Positions 1 to 12,223 are shown, numbered from the stretch's first letter. The stretch is DNA of 64,000 nt from Octopus bimaculoides (GCF_001194135.2 NC_068990.1:17683712-17747711), one strand, 5' to 3'. Numbers and translations: made by a program. Notes: a model not told the origin generated them from the sequence alone.

Positions 1-38
<38 letters not shown>

Positions 39-71
39 ATAATAATAATAATAATAATAATGATAATAATA
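1..71. repeat. (TAC)n/(TAA)n microsatellite
   Basis: Direct reading. Confidence 0.95.
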
Positions 72-72
72 A

Positions 73-270
73 CCTTTTCTGCTATAGACATGAGGCTTGA
101 AATTTTTGGGGAGGGGACTAGTACCTGTGTGTCACTGGTATTTAATTTATTGAGCCCAAAAGGATGAGAGGCAAAGTCAACCTTGGTGGAATTTGAACTC
201 AGAACGTAAAGATGGACGAAATGCTACTAAGCATTTTGCTCAGTATGCTAACAATCCTGCCATCTTTCCA
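73..270 (-). mobile_element. tRNA-derived SINE, family B (central GCCTTTCATCC...GGTCGATAAA, Nin/Deu-like core). Other copies at about 340-500, 23385-23586, 27614-27838, 29290-29505, 38510-38725, 45650-46030, 63270-63470
   Basis: Reverse complement gives tRNA-like head with B-box (GAGTTCAAATTCC); many diverged copies in the window. Confidence 0.75.
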
Positions 271-271
271 T

Positions 272-272
<1 letters not shown>

Positions 273-340
<68 letters not shown>
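273..340. repeat. (TAA)n microsatellite; others at 3903-3976 and 23919-24011
   Basis: Direct reading. Confidence 0.95.
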
Positions 341-341
<1 letters not shown>

Positions 342-887
342 GTTTCAAATTTTGGCAGTAAGATCTGCAATTTTGAGGCAATGGGTTAGTCAAATGCATT
401 GACCTCAGTACTTGACTGGCATTTTATTTTATTGATAATGAAAAGATGAATCACAAAGCTGACCTCGGAGGGATTTGAATGTAAAATGTAAAGAACTGGA
501 AGAAATACCAGAGGGAATTTTGTCTGATTTTGCCTTACTTTATTGTTAAGGACAGATTGGAAGGCAGCTGTGGCATTTGGGAACTCTGTGACTGTGTAGG
601 GTTTCAAGGCACAAACCCACATCAAAAATCTAAAAATAGGAAAGTGTTCAGAACCCCCATGCAAGGAAAGCTTCTTCATGGTCAACTGACCAACTAGAAA
701 TAGCAATCAAATCTCATTCAGAACATATCCTGTCATTTTGAAAAAGGAAGGACAAATTGGCTAGCCTTAGATAGATTGTACTCAAAAATAAAAGATAGGA
801 TGGTCATGATAGGCATGGTTTTGATAATTTTGTTCAATCAGAGTTGTCCTGGGACTAATCAACAACACAGTTTACAACACTGATCCA

Positions 888-1075
888 TTACATGGTTGCT
901 TGATTTGCTAAAAATAGCAACCAAATATCCCTCAGATCACACTCTACAATTATGGAAAAGGAGGGCCACACTGGACATCTTAGTCTTAGATGTATAAAAA
1001 TAATGGGATGGTCACGGTTGGAATGCCTTTGATCATAAACCTGCTCAATCAGTGATGACCAAAGACTAAACAACA
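888..1075. mobile_element. Unclassified ~190-bp dispersed repeat (AATAGCAACCAAAT...GGATGGTCA...GCCTTTGATCATA). Copies at about 700-870, 2630-2790, 31845-32065, 46205-46345, and inverted at 32470-32640, 33850-33950, 61030-61200
   Basis: Recurrent similar blocks in both orientations. Confidence 0.6.
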
Positions 1076-3068
1076 ATATTAAGAATTTGATTATTTTTAT
1101 GGGTAGTATGTTACTGCATGATTATAGTTCAATTTCTTTATCACTCTCACTTTAAAATGCACTCAGTTATTTCATTAACCTCTGAAAGGATGGTTGCACT
1201 CAGCCTCTTTTATCATACCAACACTGAGCTGCACTTAACTCCTTCCTTTGTTAACCTCACATTGATCTGCAGTTAATCTCATCTGGTTTCATATTGAACT
1301 GTTCACAATTGTCTTTGTTATCCTCACTTGAAACCACACTTAGCCTTTTTCATCATCTGTAAATTAAACTTTACATTTTAAAACCTTTCATAGTGTTTTG
1401 TATTAGTTCAGAAATGAGAGGGAGTTCTAAGATCATAAAAACAAACAAATCTGATTAAAGCTAAAATACAAAAACAAAAAGACTAATGAACAATATTAAT
1501 GAATAATAATGCATTTATGATTTATGCAATGCACCAAAATTATATATATTTTGTTTAAGTGTTTTAAATTTCCCATTTTTATCTGGTAAAAAATATCCAA
1601 AATTCTCCATTTTTTGTTTTCCAATTCTCTGCCCTGTTGTTAATGATTGAACTCTTATATCATTGAAATAAAATTGTTGTTTATTCATTTCATTTGTTTT
1701 TACATTTGTTTTTTCTATGCTAGTATGAGTTAGATAGATATATTTTTGAGGTTTTGTTATACAGCTAGATGTCCTTCTTGTCACTAACCTTGACTGGTTT
1801 TTCAAGTAAGGGATTTTATTTTCTGTATGTCTTTGATGATGCAAAACCAGCGGACAACATGTTGATAGGGAAAATGATCGCAGTGTCATTTGCTGTAGCA
1901 GAGCATGTTTTTGAAGACATGTAAGTGCAGACACACACACACATGACTGGCTTCTTTTAGTTTCCATGTTCCATTCACAAGCTGCAAACAAGAATTGAAC
2001 TTATTTTCTTGTGTATGATGACTTACAATTACTAAGTGAAAGCATTGAATCATTAAGGTCCAGGCATCGTTTAATAGGCACAAGCATAGCTATGTGTGTT
2101 AAGAAAGTCACTTTCTAACTATATACTTTCAAGGAGCCATCCACTGTGTGGCCTTTTACTGTAACCACAAGCCAATCAAAGCCTTGTGAGTAGATTTGGT
2201 GGATAGAAGTTGAAAAAATTCCTTTGTATGTTTATATGTGTGCATGAGAGTGGATCCTTGTCTGGCCATCATGCAATAGTTGCAAGGTAGTTCCACTGTC
2301 GTGCAAGCAGTATCATTAATTTCTAGTCTTCCATGAAAATATGTCTGGATGAAAGGAAATATCAAAAATATCACCGTACTTACAAATAAGTGAGAATTGG
2401 TAAGAGAAAAAGCATTCAGCTATAGAAGATCTGCCCTGACAAATTCCATCTGACCCATGCTAGCATTGAAAGTGGACATTAAATCAATGATGGTCTTCTG
2501 AATTGTAAACTCATGAGTTTGCCATTTATTGACATAATTATCACCATTCTTCTGTGGTCATATCAGACAAGCAAGTACTTATATTTGTTTCTTAATGTGT
2601 CAATCAGATAAGAGACTAAACCTTATTTGATGGCTGGGCCTGATAGAAATAGCAACCAATACTTCCCTTAAAACAGAAAGGACACATTTAGATAATATAG
2701 TCTCAGATATTTCTAAGCAGACTAGATCTTCATGGCTAGAGTTCCTTCAGAGGGCCATTTCACCAGGGTTGACTAGGAGGACAAAACAGCAAGTAATATA
2801 GTTTTATCTCTAAACTGAATTGAAACTTAGAAATGTTGTACTTCCAACCATCCAGCCTATAAAAGAAGTGGGTATGTGTGTGTATATGTATATATATGTA
2901 AATGTTTTTATATCAAGTTATATATAAATACAGTTTAACATCAGACTGAAGGATTGCTCAACGCTTCTTAATAGAGTACATGTTTATTACCTTTTACAAG
3001 GAAAAGGCTGAGATAAATGACCTTAATGTTGTTTCTAAGGTAGACACTTTTTTGTCAATATCTTCCAG

Positions 3069-3224
3069 AATTTCTTACTCAAGACATTGGACAAAAATAT
3101 CTACAAACCAAATGTCATCAACTTTTCTGCTCAGACAACTGCTAACCAAACACAGAACATGATTATGTCTAAATTAGATAAAAGAAGAAAAGGTGTCTTT
3201 GGTCCTCAGTTTGGCAAAAGAATG
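3069..3224 (+). CDS. DNAH7: Dynein heavy chain exon E1 (AAA3)
   Basis: cttccag|AAT...ATG|gtatgt; [52 protein letters not shown]; phase 0/0. Confidence 0.92.
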
Positions 3225-3902
3225 GTATGTATGATGTCTCTTTTTATGTTTTACTTGTTTCTGTCATTGGATTGTGGCCATGCTGGGGCACCACTTTGAA
3301 GGATTTTTAGTTAAATGAATTGACCCCAGTACTGTTTTTTAAAGCCTGGTGCTTATTCTCTCAGTCTCTTTTGCCAAACCACTAAATTTTAGGGACATAC
3401 ACAAACTAACACCGGTTGTCAAGCTGTGATGGGGGATAAACACATAATGACATACACACATACACATGTGTGTATNNNNNNNNNNNNNNNNNNNNNNNNN
3501 NNNNNNNNNNNNNNNNNNNNNNNNNNNNNNNNNNNNNNNNNNNNNNNNNNNNNNNNNNNNNNNNNNNNNNNNNNNNNNNNNNNNNNNNNNNNNNNNNNNN
3601 NNNNNNNNNNNNNNNNNNNNNNNNNNNNNNNNNNNNNNNNNNNNNNNNNNNNNNNNNNNNNNNNNNNNNNNNNNNNNNNNNNNNNNNNNNNNNNNNNNNN
3701 NNNNNNNNNNNNNNNNNNNNNNNNNNNNNNNNNNNNNNNNNNNNNNNNNNNNNNNNNNNNNNNNNNNNNNNNNNNNNNNNNNNNNNNNNNNNNNNNNNNN
3801 NNNNNNNNNNNNNNNNNNNNNNNNNNNNNNNNNNNNNNNNNNNNNNNNNNNNNNNNNNNNNNNNNNNNNNNNNNNNNNNNNNNNNNNNNNNNNNNNNNNN
3901 NN

Positions 3903-3958
<56 letters not shown>

Positions 3959-3998
3959 TAATAATAATAATAATAAAGAATCTATTATTTTCTTCCAG

Positions 3999-4167
3999 AT
4001 TATTTTCGTTGATGATTTAAACATGCCAATGAAAGAGACATATGGGGCCCAACCTCCTATTGAGCTGCTTCGCCAGTGGTTAGATCACTGGCAATGGTAT
4101 GACCTGAAAGATGTATCTGCACTGAAGCTTGTTGACATTCAAATTATGGCAGCAATGGGACCACCAG
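3999..4167 (+). CDS. DNAH7: Dynein heavy chain exon E2 (AAA3 Walker B)
   Basis: ttccag|ATT...CCAG|gtaaat; [30 protein letters not shown]...AMGPP; phase 0/1. Confidence 0.95.
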
Positions 4168-4461
4168 GTAAATGAATGAAAAATTTAGAATATCAGTGTT
4201 TTTAATTTTTGTATGAATGATTGAAGATATATTATGTCTTCCAGAAAATAGGATTAGGTCTATTGAATTGGAAATTCTATCTAAATAGTTTTATTGATAT
4301 AAATTATTATAGATATAAACATTAAATTAGATTAGACGCTTTGTAAATACAAATGTTTGTGTTTATAAGGAATCTACTTCAATTTAATTTATTGTTTATA
4401 ATTGAAATTCTTAATTATTCTCAATTTATTATGTGTTATTAATGTTACTATACTTTTTTTA

Positions 4462-4696
4462 GCTTTTATCTTTTACTTGTTCAAGTCATTAGACTGTGGC
4501 CATGCTGGGGCACCATCTTGAGGAATGTTTTTAGTTGAATGAATCAACTCCAGGACCTGGTTTTTAAAATCTGGTAGTTATTCTATTGGTTTGTTTTGCT
4601 GAACTGCTAAGCTATGGACATGTAAACAAACCAACACCGGTTGTCAAGCAGTGGTGGGGACAAACACAGACAGGCAGATAGACAGACAGACAGACA

Positions 4697-4747
<51 letters not shown>

Positions 4748-5020
4748 ACATGTCAGGCTTCTTTCAGTTTCTTATTTCTTTATTGCCCACAAGGGGCTAA
4801 ACATAGAGGAGACAAAGGGATTAAGTCGATTACATCGACCCCAGTGCATAACTGGTACTTAATTTACAGACCCCGAAAGGATGAAAGGCAAAGTCAACCT
4901 TGGCAGAATTTGAACTCAGAACGTAACATTTCGCCCGGCGTGCTAATGTTTCTGCCAGCTTGCCGGCTTCTTTCAGTTTTTGTTTACCAAATGTATTCAC
5001 GGGGCTTTTGTTGGCCCAAG
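4462..5020 (-). mobile_element. CORE-type tRNA SINE (family A) interrupted by a family-B SINE
   Basis: Matches the reverse complement of 13828-14238; insert at 4771-4964. Confidence 0.75.
4771..4964 (-). mobile_element. Family-B SINE with 15-bp target-site duplication
   Basis: GGCTTCTTTCAGTTT at 4756-4770 and 4965-4979. Confidence 0.85.
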
Positions 5021-5898
5021 AGTAACATTGGGAATTTCAGGCATGACAACTTTGTAAAACATATAATGGTCTTTATACAGCCTAGAGTTTAGCATTAAAA
5101 AAAATCAGAGACCCTGTTTGTCAGCCAAGAAAGAGATGACCACTGGAAGGAGGAAGGGGAAGAAGAAGAAGTCTCCATGAGGTTGCCCCGAAATCTCTGC
5201 TATTAGCTTCCTGCTTCAAAGCGATCCTAAAAAGTTTTTCGATGAAAATTTCTTGTTAATTTATACTCCAAACACCAACTTAATGATGACAAAGTTATTT
5301 TACTAAAGTCTTCTTTATTTTCTAACTTTGTTGAAACAAAAGACTGTGTATTTTAGAGTAAATAGATTATTTACATGAATATCTGTCAACGTTCTTATTC
5401 ATTTGTTTTCTTTAATTTACTTTGTTGTCATTCATAGATCATAATAAATATATTTTCAGAACAATGGAGTAGCATTTTTCTCTTATTGTTTATCTCTGGT
5501 GCTCTTTCTTTCTTTTTTTTTTGTTCTATTTTTTTCCTTTTGTTTTATTTTTTCTCTATTGTTATTCTGGGATATTGTTTTTGTCTTTTATTCTTTGGTA
5601 TTATTAAATAAATAAGTATCATTAATATGTTGAGAATCTATTCAATCCTGAATATCTCCTCCTCCTTATGGTGGCAGGATATAAATGGTGGCAAAGTGCT
5701 GGGCATACTCACAATGGGCAGTGATCAGAATATAAATGGAATGGTTGAGTAAAGGAAGAGAGAGATATAGATGGTGGCAAGAGCCAGGGTACACCCTTGA
5801 GGTTTGAAGGTCGTAATATAAGTGGCAGTATATTTCGAAAGGAGTGGGATTAGAGAGTGCAGAGGGGTAGGGAAGTGCGTGGTGAAAACCTGGGTATA

Positions 5899-6621
5899 TA
5901 TAGGGCTTTCCTATAAGGTGTTATCCACCCCTGATTGGAACTCTCCCGTATGACATGTACGCATGCTCAGTGACTTGCTTTAACAGTTGCAATCAGCTGA
6001 ATGCACATTGCCNNNNNNNNNNNNNNNNNNNNNNNNNNNNNNNNNNNNNNNNNNNNNNNNNNNNNNNNNNNNNNNNNNNNNNNNNNNNNNNNNNNNNNNN
6101 NNNNNNNNNNNNNNNNNNNNNNNNNNNNNNNNNNNNNNNNNNNNNNNNNNNNNNNNNNNNNNNNNNNNNNNNNNNNNNNNNNNNNNNNNNNNNNNNNNNN
6201 NNNNNNNNNNNNNNNNNNNNNNNNNNNNNNNNNNNNNNNNNNNNNNNNNNNNNNNNNNNNNNNNNNNNNNNNNNNNNNNNNNNNNNNNNNNNNNNNNNNN
6301 NNNNNNNNNNNNNNNNNNNNNNNNNNNNNNNNNNNNNNNNNNNNNNNNNNNNNNNNNNNNNNNNNNNNNNNNNNNNNNNNNNNCCTTTCAACCTTTCAGT
6401 CAAGTCCGCCTTTCTTCCAGTAACATACTGTCCATATAATCTTAAATATTTCTTTAACTCAGGCACAGTAAGTACTTCGATAGCTGAATCATCAAGCTGC
6501 TTTATATCCATGATAAGACGTAAAACAATAACAATGGCGTGGGTAGCCTCCGGAAGTTTAATTATCTACATGGAGCGCCGCCTAGCCAAGGGAGATAACC
6601 TACTTATAGGAAAGCCCTATA
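5899..6621 (-). mobile_element. Small DNA transposon with 19-bp perfect inverted termini enclosing a SAP-domain ORF
   Basis: TATAGGGCTTTCCTATAAG (5899-5917) and CTTATAGGAAAGCCCTATA (6603-6621); internal N-gap 6013-6383. Confidence 0.8.
5980..6511 (-). pseudogene. SAP-domain ORF with C-terminal SWIM-like remnant, interrupted by an assembly gap
   Basis: MDIKQLDDSAIEVLTVPELKKYLRLYGQYVTGRKADLTERLK fits the SAP motif; after the gap GNVHSADCNC* (6012-5980). Confidence 0.7.
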
Positions 6622-7020
6622 GAAGCGGTGGGGGGGGGGCCTGCAGGATAGCAATGATTCAGAGAAACAGGCCCATGAGAACAGGATTGTGGAGTGAGAG
6701 GTAGGCGTAGTGTATGAAATGGAAATGCAAGGAAGAGAAGAGATGTAGAGATGTAGTTTGGTTTGTTGTGGTAAGGTGTGTGAGAAGTTTTCTTGTTAAG
6801 TGTGGGTAAGGCACACAGTGCTTCTAGGACTCAGTTTCGCTGATGTGGGTGGGTCTTCTCAAGATCCTCATATCGCCAGACATCTCGGTCCATTGTCATT
6901 TCCTCTGTGAAGCCCAACATCCTGAGAGCAGTTCTTATCATTTCATAAATATATATAATTATAAATATATATAATTTAATCCTTTTATCTTTTCTTCTCT
7001 ATTTTCTTTTCATTTTATAG

Positions 7021-7147
7021 GTGGTGGACGGAACCCAATAACACCACGTTTTCTCCGTCATTTCAATACCATAACAATCAATGAGTTCAGTGATGAGACA
7101 ATGTGCACAATCTTTACAAGAATTGTGGACTGGCATTTTACCTCAAA
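7021..7147 (+). CDS. DNAH7: Dynein heavy chain exon E3
   Basis: tttatag|GT...AA|gtaaga; [40 protein letters not shown]; phase 1/2. Confidence 0.95.
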
Positions 7148-7767
7148 GTAAGATTTTCGTAACATGTGAAGTTCAATATAGTTCTTTTCTGGAGATGGGG
7201 AAAGGCATTGTTCTTGACAATTTTGCTGGGTTTTAAGACAAGTTGTGGAAAAAAATAAATGAAGAAAGAAACTAGGACTTTTGGGTTATGACAGCAAGAA
7301 ACAGCACTAATTCAGATCATAGAACTTCTCGTCCAATAGCTTGCACTATAGTGGGGCTAGGTAGTGACGAGAAATCTGGCAATAGATTCAGAATACCTGA
7401 AATTGTTGTACTTTGGGAGATTTATACTGCCAAGTAAAGCACATACACTGGTTATTCTTCACTTCAGTTTTATTACTAATCAATTAAGCAATTAATCACT
7501 TGATCAACTGTTAATCAGTTAGCCTGCCAAAGTCATTTACTGCTGAGTGAATCGGAGCAAAATGAAATGAAGTGTTTTGCTCAAGAACACAATGCACTAC
7601 CAATCACCCTAACCTCTAGGCCATGTGCCTTCACCTATGCTTATTTATACTATATTAGAAATCAATATACACCAAAATTAAAATATAAATAAAATAAGAT
7701 GAAAGGGCCTTCAACTGTCATTTGTATGCTTAAGTAATTAATCAATTAATTCTTTTTGTCTTTCCAG

Positions 7768-7984
7768 TGGTTTCAGTGAATATTTCAAGCCATGTGTGGA
7801 TCAAATAGTTTTTGCCACTCTTAGAGTTTACAAAGAAGCCATGGTGAACCTACTTCCCACACCGGCTAAATCCCATTATTTATTCAATCTGAGAGATTTC
7901 AGCCGAGTCATTGGTGGTGTGTTACTCTCTGTCCCTGAAACTACTGAAGTGCCAAACTCTATCAAGAAACTATGGGTTCATGAG
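7768..7984 (+). CDS. DNAH7: Dynein heavy chain exon E4 (AAA3 lid)
   Basis: tttccag|T...GAG|gtagac; [23 protein letters not shown]...LWVHE; phase 2/0. Confidence 0.95.
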
Positions 7985-8506
7985 GTAGACATTTCAATCA
8001 TCAATTATCAGTATTATTATATTTTCCCTACTTTTTCATGTTTTATGCTGCTTTTGTTGTTCATCAATTTAACCCTTTGTCTGTCCTGTATAATACACAT
8101 GTGATTCATGGGGCATATTTCCCTGGCATCCATGCATCATAAATGATACACATCCCTAAATTTTTTCAACCACCAGAGTAATTTGGAACTTAAGAAAAAG
8201 AAAGGCTTAGATTACTCAGAACGTATGAAACAAGGGCTAACCAAAAAATATGAAAACAAGTGTAGATATTTAAGATGAACATATGAAAATATTTTTTGGA
8301 CTGCCAAAGGGTTAAGAATCTGAAGATATCTGTCGCCTTGGAATTATCAACTTCGATATGAAATTTCTCCAGCAAGAGGTTGCCATTGATTATAGTTTCC
8401 AAAACTACTGCACCAAACACTTGCCACGCAGTGAGACTGAACCCGGAACCATGTGGTTGGTAAGCAAGTTACTTACCACATAGCCACTCCTGCGCCTATA
8501 TATATA

Positions 8507-8542
<36 letters not shown>

Positions 8543-8589
8543 NNNNNNNNNNNNNNNNNNNNNNNNNNNNNNNNNNNNNNNNNATATAG

Positions 8590-8922
8590 GCACATGGCTC
8601 AGTGGTTAGAGCGTCAAACTTACGATAGTGAGGTTGTGAGTTTGATTCCCGGACCGGGCTGCGTGTTGTTGTTCTTGAGCAAGACACTTTATTTCACATT
8701 GCTCCAGTTCACTCAGCTGTAGAAATGAGTGGCGACGTCACAGGTGCCAAGCTGTATCGGCCTTAGCCTTTCCCTTGGATAACACTAGTGGCATGGCGAG
8801 GGGAAGCCGGTATGCATGGGCGACTGCTGGTCTTCCATAAACAACATTGCCTGGACTTGTGCCTCGGAGGGTAACTTTCTAGGTACAATCTCATGGTCAG
8901 TCATGACCAAAGAGGGTCTCAA
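8590..8922 (+). mobile_element. tRNA-derived SINE, family C; related heads at 36445-36660, 41620-41820, 60600-60720
   Basis: A-box TGGCTCAGTGG and B-box-like GAGTTTGATTCCC, followed by a non-tRNA body. Confidence 0.7.
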
Positions 8923-8969
8923 CTGTATTTGTATGTATGTATGTATGTATGTATGTATGCATGCATAGC

Positions 8970-9318
8970 TTTTTTTTTTTTTGATGCAATTCAGCTTTTG
9001 ATGTGGTTTGTGCAGGTTCCTTACACTTGGATTATGATCATTTTAAATTGATGTTATTGGAGACAATCCATTTTTCATCACCAGTGATGGTTTGTTTCAA
9101 AAAAAGGTCGATTTCATTGCGTTTGAGATGCATAGTGCAAATATTGATTCATTGTGTTAAGTGAATCTCTTTCAATTTATGTGGAACCCAAATATTGAGT
9201 TTGTTAATGAGTCCAAGACATTTTAAGTGATTATCAATTGTTGTGTGTGATACATTTAGCCTCTATGCAATCTCTCACAGAGTTCTATGAAAATCAGATT
9301 CAGTTATGGCTTCTAGAC
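8970..9318 (-). mobile_element. mariner transposase fragment (decayed)
   Basis: Minus strand reads IWVPHKLKE and LKQTITGDEKWIV...EPAQTTSKAELHQKK, with stops. Confidence 0.85.
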
Positions 9319-9842
9319 TTCTGTGGTCACAGTCTTCAGGTTTATACCTCCTGGTCATAATGGGGTTTCCAAGGATGAAAATTCAATTCTTTATGCAACA
9401 ACATCCGTATTGTGTGTCTTGTTAGTTCACTTTCACAAGCTGCTCGATGTGTTGATTTTTGCAGGCTGCAATTAAACATTTCCTACACTGTTGCCACATA
9501 CTGCTGATTGGGATGTGGTTGAACAGCCACTTCTTGCATCATTTACAGAGCCTGTGTCATCAGCTTTGCATGTCAACTTTTTATTGTCTCCGGACGTAGT
9601 GTTGCATGCTTACCTTTCCATGCATGCCACCATCACTGTACCAAAACAATGGAATTCTACACTTCATAGCATGCTGCTATCTTAGCTCACTCCTGAACAG
9701 TCAAGCAACCAGCCATCTGGAAAATAAGAAATAAGGCAATAAGAAAATAAGAAATCCCCATTAGTGTTGTTTGTTTAAAAACTGTTTTCGTCATGACTTC
9801 AGTGATACTAAAAATTCTATAAGCAATTTCTGATGCCCAGTT
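9319..9842 (-). mobile_element. 5' part of a Tc1/mariner element with DUF4817-type N-terminal HTH (rosa/DD41D-like), decayed
   Basis: From ATG at 9716: MAGCLTVQE*AKIAACYEV*NSIVLVQ*WW...GSVNDARSG...LHKELNFHPWKPHY...EDCDHR, with frameshifts. Confidence 0.65.
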
Positions 9843-9966
9843 ACTTTCCACCTACCCTGCATATGCCAAGTGAAAATTCCTTATCCCCTTTACTGTTACA
9901 AATACATGCCTTGTTAAAAGAAATTTACTTCCATCTGAGCTTTCCTTTTATTCCATTCACTTGTAG

Positions 9967-10283
9967 GTGTATAGAGTTTACTATGATCGTCTGGTTGACG
10001 CAGAAGATCAAAACTGGATGTATGAATGCATACAAAATGTCTGTAATGATGAGCTAGAAGTTAATTTCCATGAACTGTTTAGCCATTTGGACGCTGATGA
10101 AGATGACCATGTTACTGATGAAGATATGCGAAGCTTAATCTATTGTGACTTTAGTGACCCCAAAAATGACAGTAAGAATTATCTAGAAGCACCTGATTTA
10201 GAGCTGCTGCGTACCATAACGGAAGGTTTACTTGATGAGTACAATAACATGAGCAAGAAACCAATGAATTTGGTTCTCTTCAG
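9967..10283 (+). CDS. DNAH7: Dynein heavy chain exon E5
   Basis: ttgtag|GTG...AG|gtttgt; VYRVYYDRLVD...YNNMSKKPMNLVLF; phase 0/2. Confidence 0.95.
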
Positions 10284-10386
10284 GTTTGTTCAGTTATCTC
10301 CTTTTTTATATAATAAATTTCATTCTTATCTGGGATACATTGAAGGAATATAAATGAATCTGGGATTTGACTGGTGCTTTTTATTA

Positions 10387-11682
10387 CAAAGTTCATTCCA
10401 GATGTTTAGAGACATTTACAAGGGAGACATTTATTAATTTCAAAGTTAAAAATTCTAATGTCCTTCAAAGGAGGACCCTCTGACTTCAATGCATTGTTGT
10501 AGTGCTCCAGCTACTTTGTGAAGGCCCTATAAAAGCCCTCCAAAGTGAAGGTGTCCCAGACCATTTTCACAGCCGCCTGCATCTTCTCACTCTCTTCAAA
10601 ATTACTGCATCTGAGGTTTTCCTTCAGCTTGGGGAAACAGCCAAAATTGCAAGGAGCAAGGTCTGGACTATAGGGAGGATGAAAAACAATTTTGATGTCC
10701 ATCTCTGTCAAGTAGTTGGTTACCAGGATGGAATTGTGGACTGATGCACTGTCCAGTGCAGTTGCTGCTGACTTGAGTGGAAGGGCTCTGGCCTTTTGTG
10801 ATGAGCTCTCTTCTTGAACTCCCTCACAATCTCCACAAAGTACTCTTTGTTGACCATCTGGCCAGAGGGAACCCAGTAGATATAGATGATGCTGTTGCTG
10901 TTGAAAAATGGTATCATCACGAGCTTCCCAGTTGACTTGCTTTGCCTGGCCTTCATAGGTCTGGAAGAGCCTGGATGCTTCCATTTCTTGGACTCTGGAT
11001 CACAACAGTAGTTCCAGCTTTTATTATTGGTCACTAGAGACTCAAGTACTCTTTAATTGGAGATAATTAGCTCAGCAATCTCCCTTCTGTCACCAATGCA
11101 ACTTTCTTTCAGTTCATCATTGAACACCCTCAGAACAAACTTTACACATGTTCAGACCTTCATGAATATTTCTGTGTACAGTTGCCACACCAACTCCAAA
11201 CTATACTTATTGTCTTTATAGGCATACAGACAATCTTCATCCAGAAAATTGTGAATTTTCTTGACCAATTCAGATATTCTGATGTGCCTCTCCCTCTCAC
11301 GCCTCTCATTGTCTCTAACTTCCTCTCTACCATTCTTGAACCTTTTGTGCCAATGAAAAGCAGATGCTCAGCTCCATACATGTTAATACATAAGCAGTCT
11401 GGAGCATTTCATAAGTTTCTGTAGCGTTTTTGCCCAGTTTAACATGAAACTTTATTGCATAACAAACTTCCAACATCCCGACTGCATTCTGCAAACTAGT
11501 CAGTTGTGACAAGCAGTGTTTGGTGTGTTCAAATTGCTGTTACAGCCATCTCCTTCAATCTGGAATAAAAAAAAATGTTGGCAGGTCAGCTTATTAGTTG
11601 TATAGTACTAAAGTTACAACAATCAAGGGGAATTATAACTGCGTCTCTTAAACAAGTCTCAAAACTTCTGGAATGCACTTTG
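10387..11682 (-). mobile_element. Full-length (1296 bp) decayed mariner
   Basis: 27-bp TIRs with 3 mismatches; TA at 10385-10386 and 11683-11684; YAIKFHVKLGKNATETYEML, KWKHPGSSRPMKARQSKS, HPPYSPDLAPCNF in several frames. Confidence 0.92.
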
Positions 11683-12223
11683 TATTCAGCCATCATAGCC
11701 ATGTTGTAACACTTCCTTCAGGAAAATGGGAAAACAGATTAAATACTAGAAATTTATTCTCAGTTGGTTAAATGACTGATAGTATTTAATACCTAAGAAT
11801 AAAATAATCGTGTTACTTTGTTATTGCTGTTTGTTAGATCAATTCTTACTTTAGTTAAATGGGTAAATATTATTTGCTATGTTATCAATACTCCCTCATC
11901 TGGTCTATAGAATCACGGCAAAACCTCAATGAGGATGTAATCAGGTGTCTGGTTCCTTGATGCATGACACTTGTGCAACCATTTTTTAAAAATCCACGTG
12001 TGACGATCCATAGTGACAAAACACTCTTCATCATCATCATTTTATTCCAATTTCCATACTTGCATGGGTGAGATGAAATTTGTTGAAGCAGATTTTCTAT
12101 AGCCAGATGGTCTTCCTGTCACCAATCCTCCCCAGTTTCAAGCAAGATGGAGAAGACTAGAAGTTGACAAGATTTGCATGACATTGATGCTTGTGTACAA
12201 CCATCACATGATGTCAAGGCAAG

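Larger units (their letters stand above)
5640..6930 (-). mobile_element. RTE-related retroelement 3' remnant hosting a nested TIR element
   Basis: Minus strand near 6860-6930 reads LRMLGFTEEMTMDRDVWRY, like the RTE ORF2 end; 5640-5898 is homologous to 40255-40490. Confidence 0.55.

Noticed and set aside
199-399. Poly-Leu, poly-Asn and poly-Ile ORFs (also 3419-4024, 23761-24096)
   Set aside because: Translations of (TAA)n microsatellites and N-gaps.
8590-8665. Possible tRNA gene
   Set aside because: A/B boxes run into a SINE body, with no clear acceptor stem or poly-T terminator; related heads recur.
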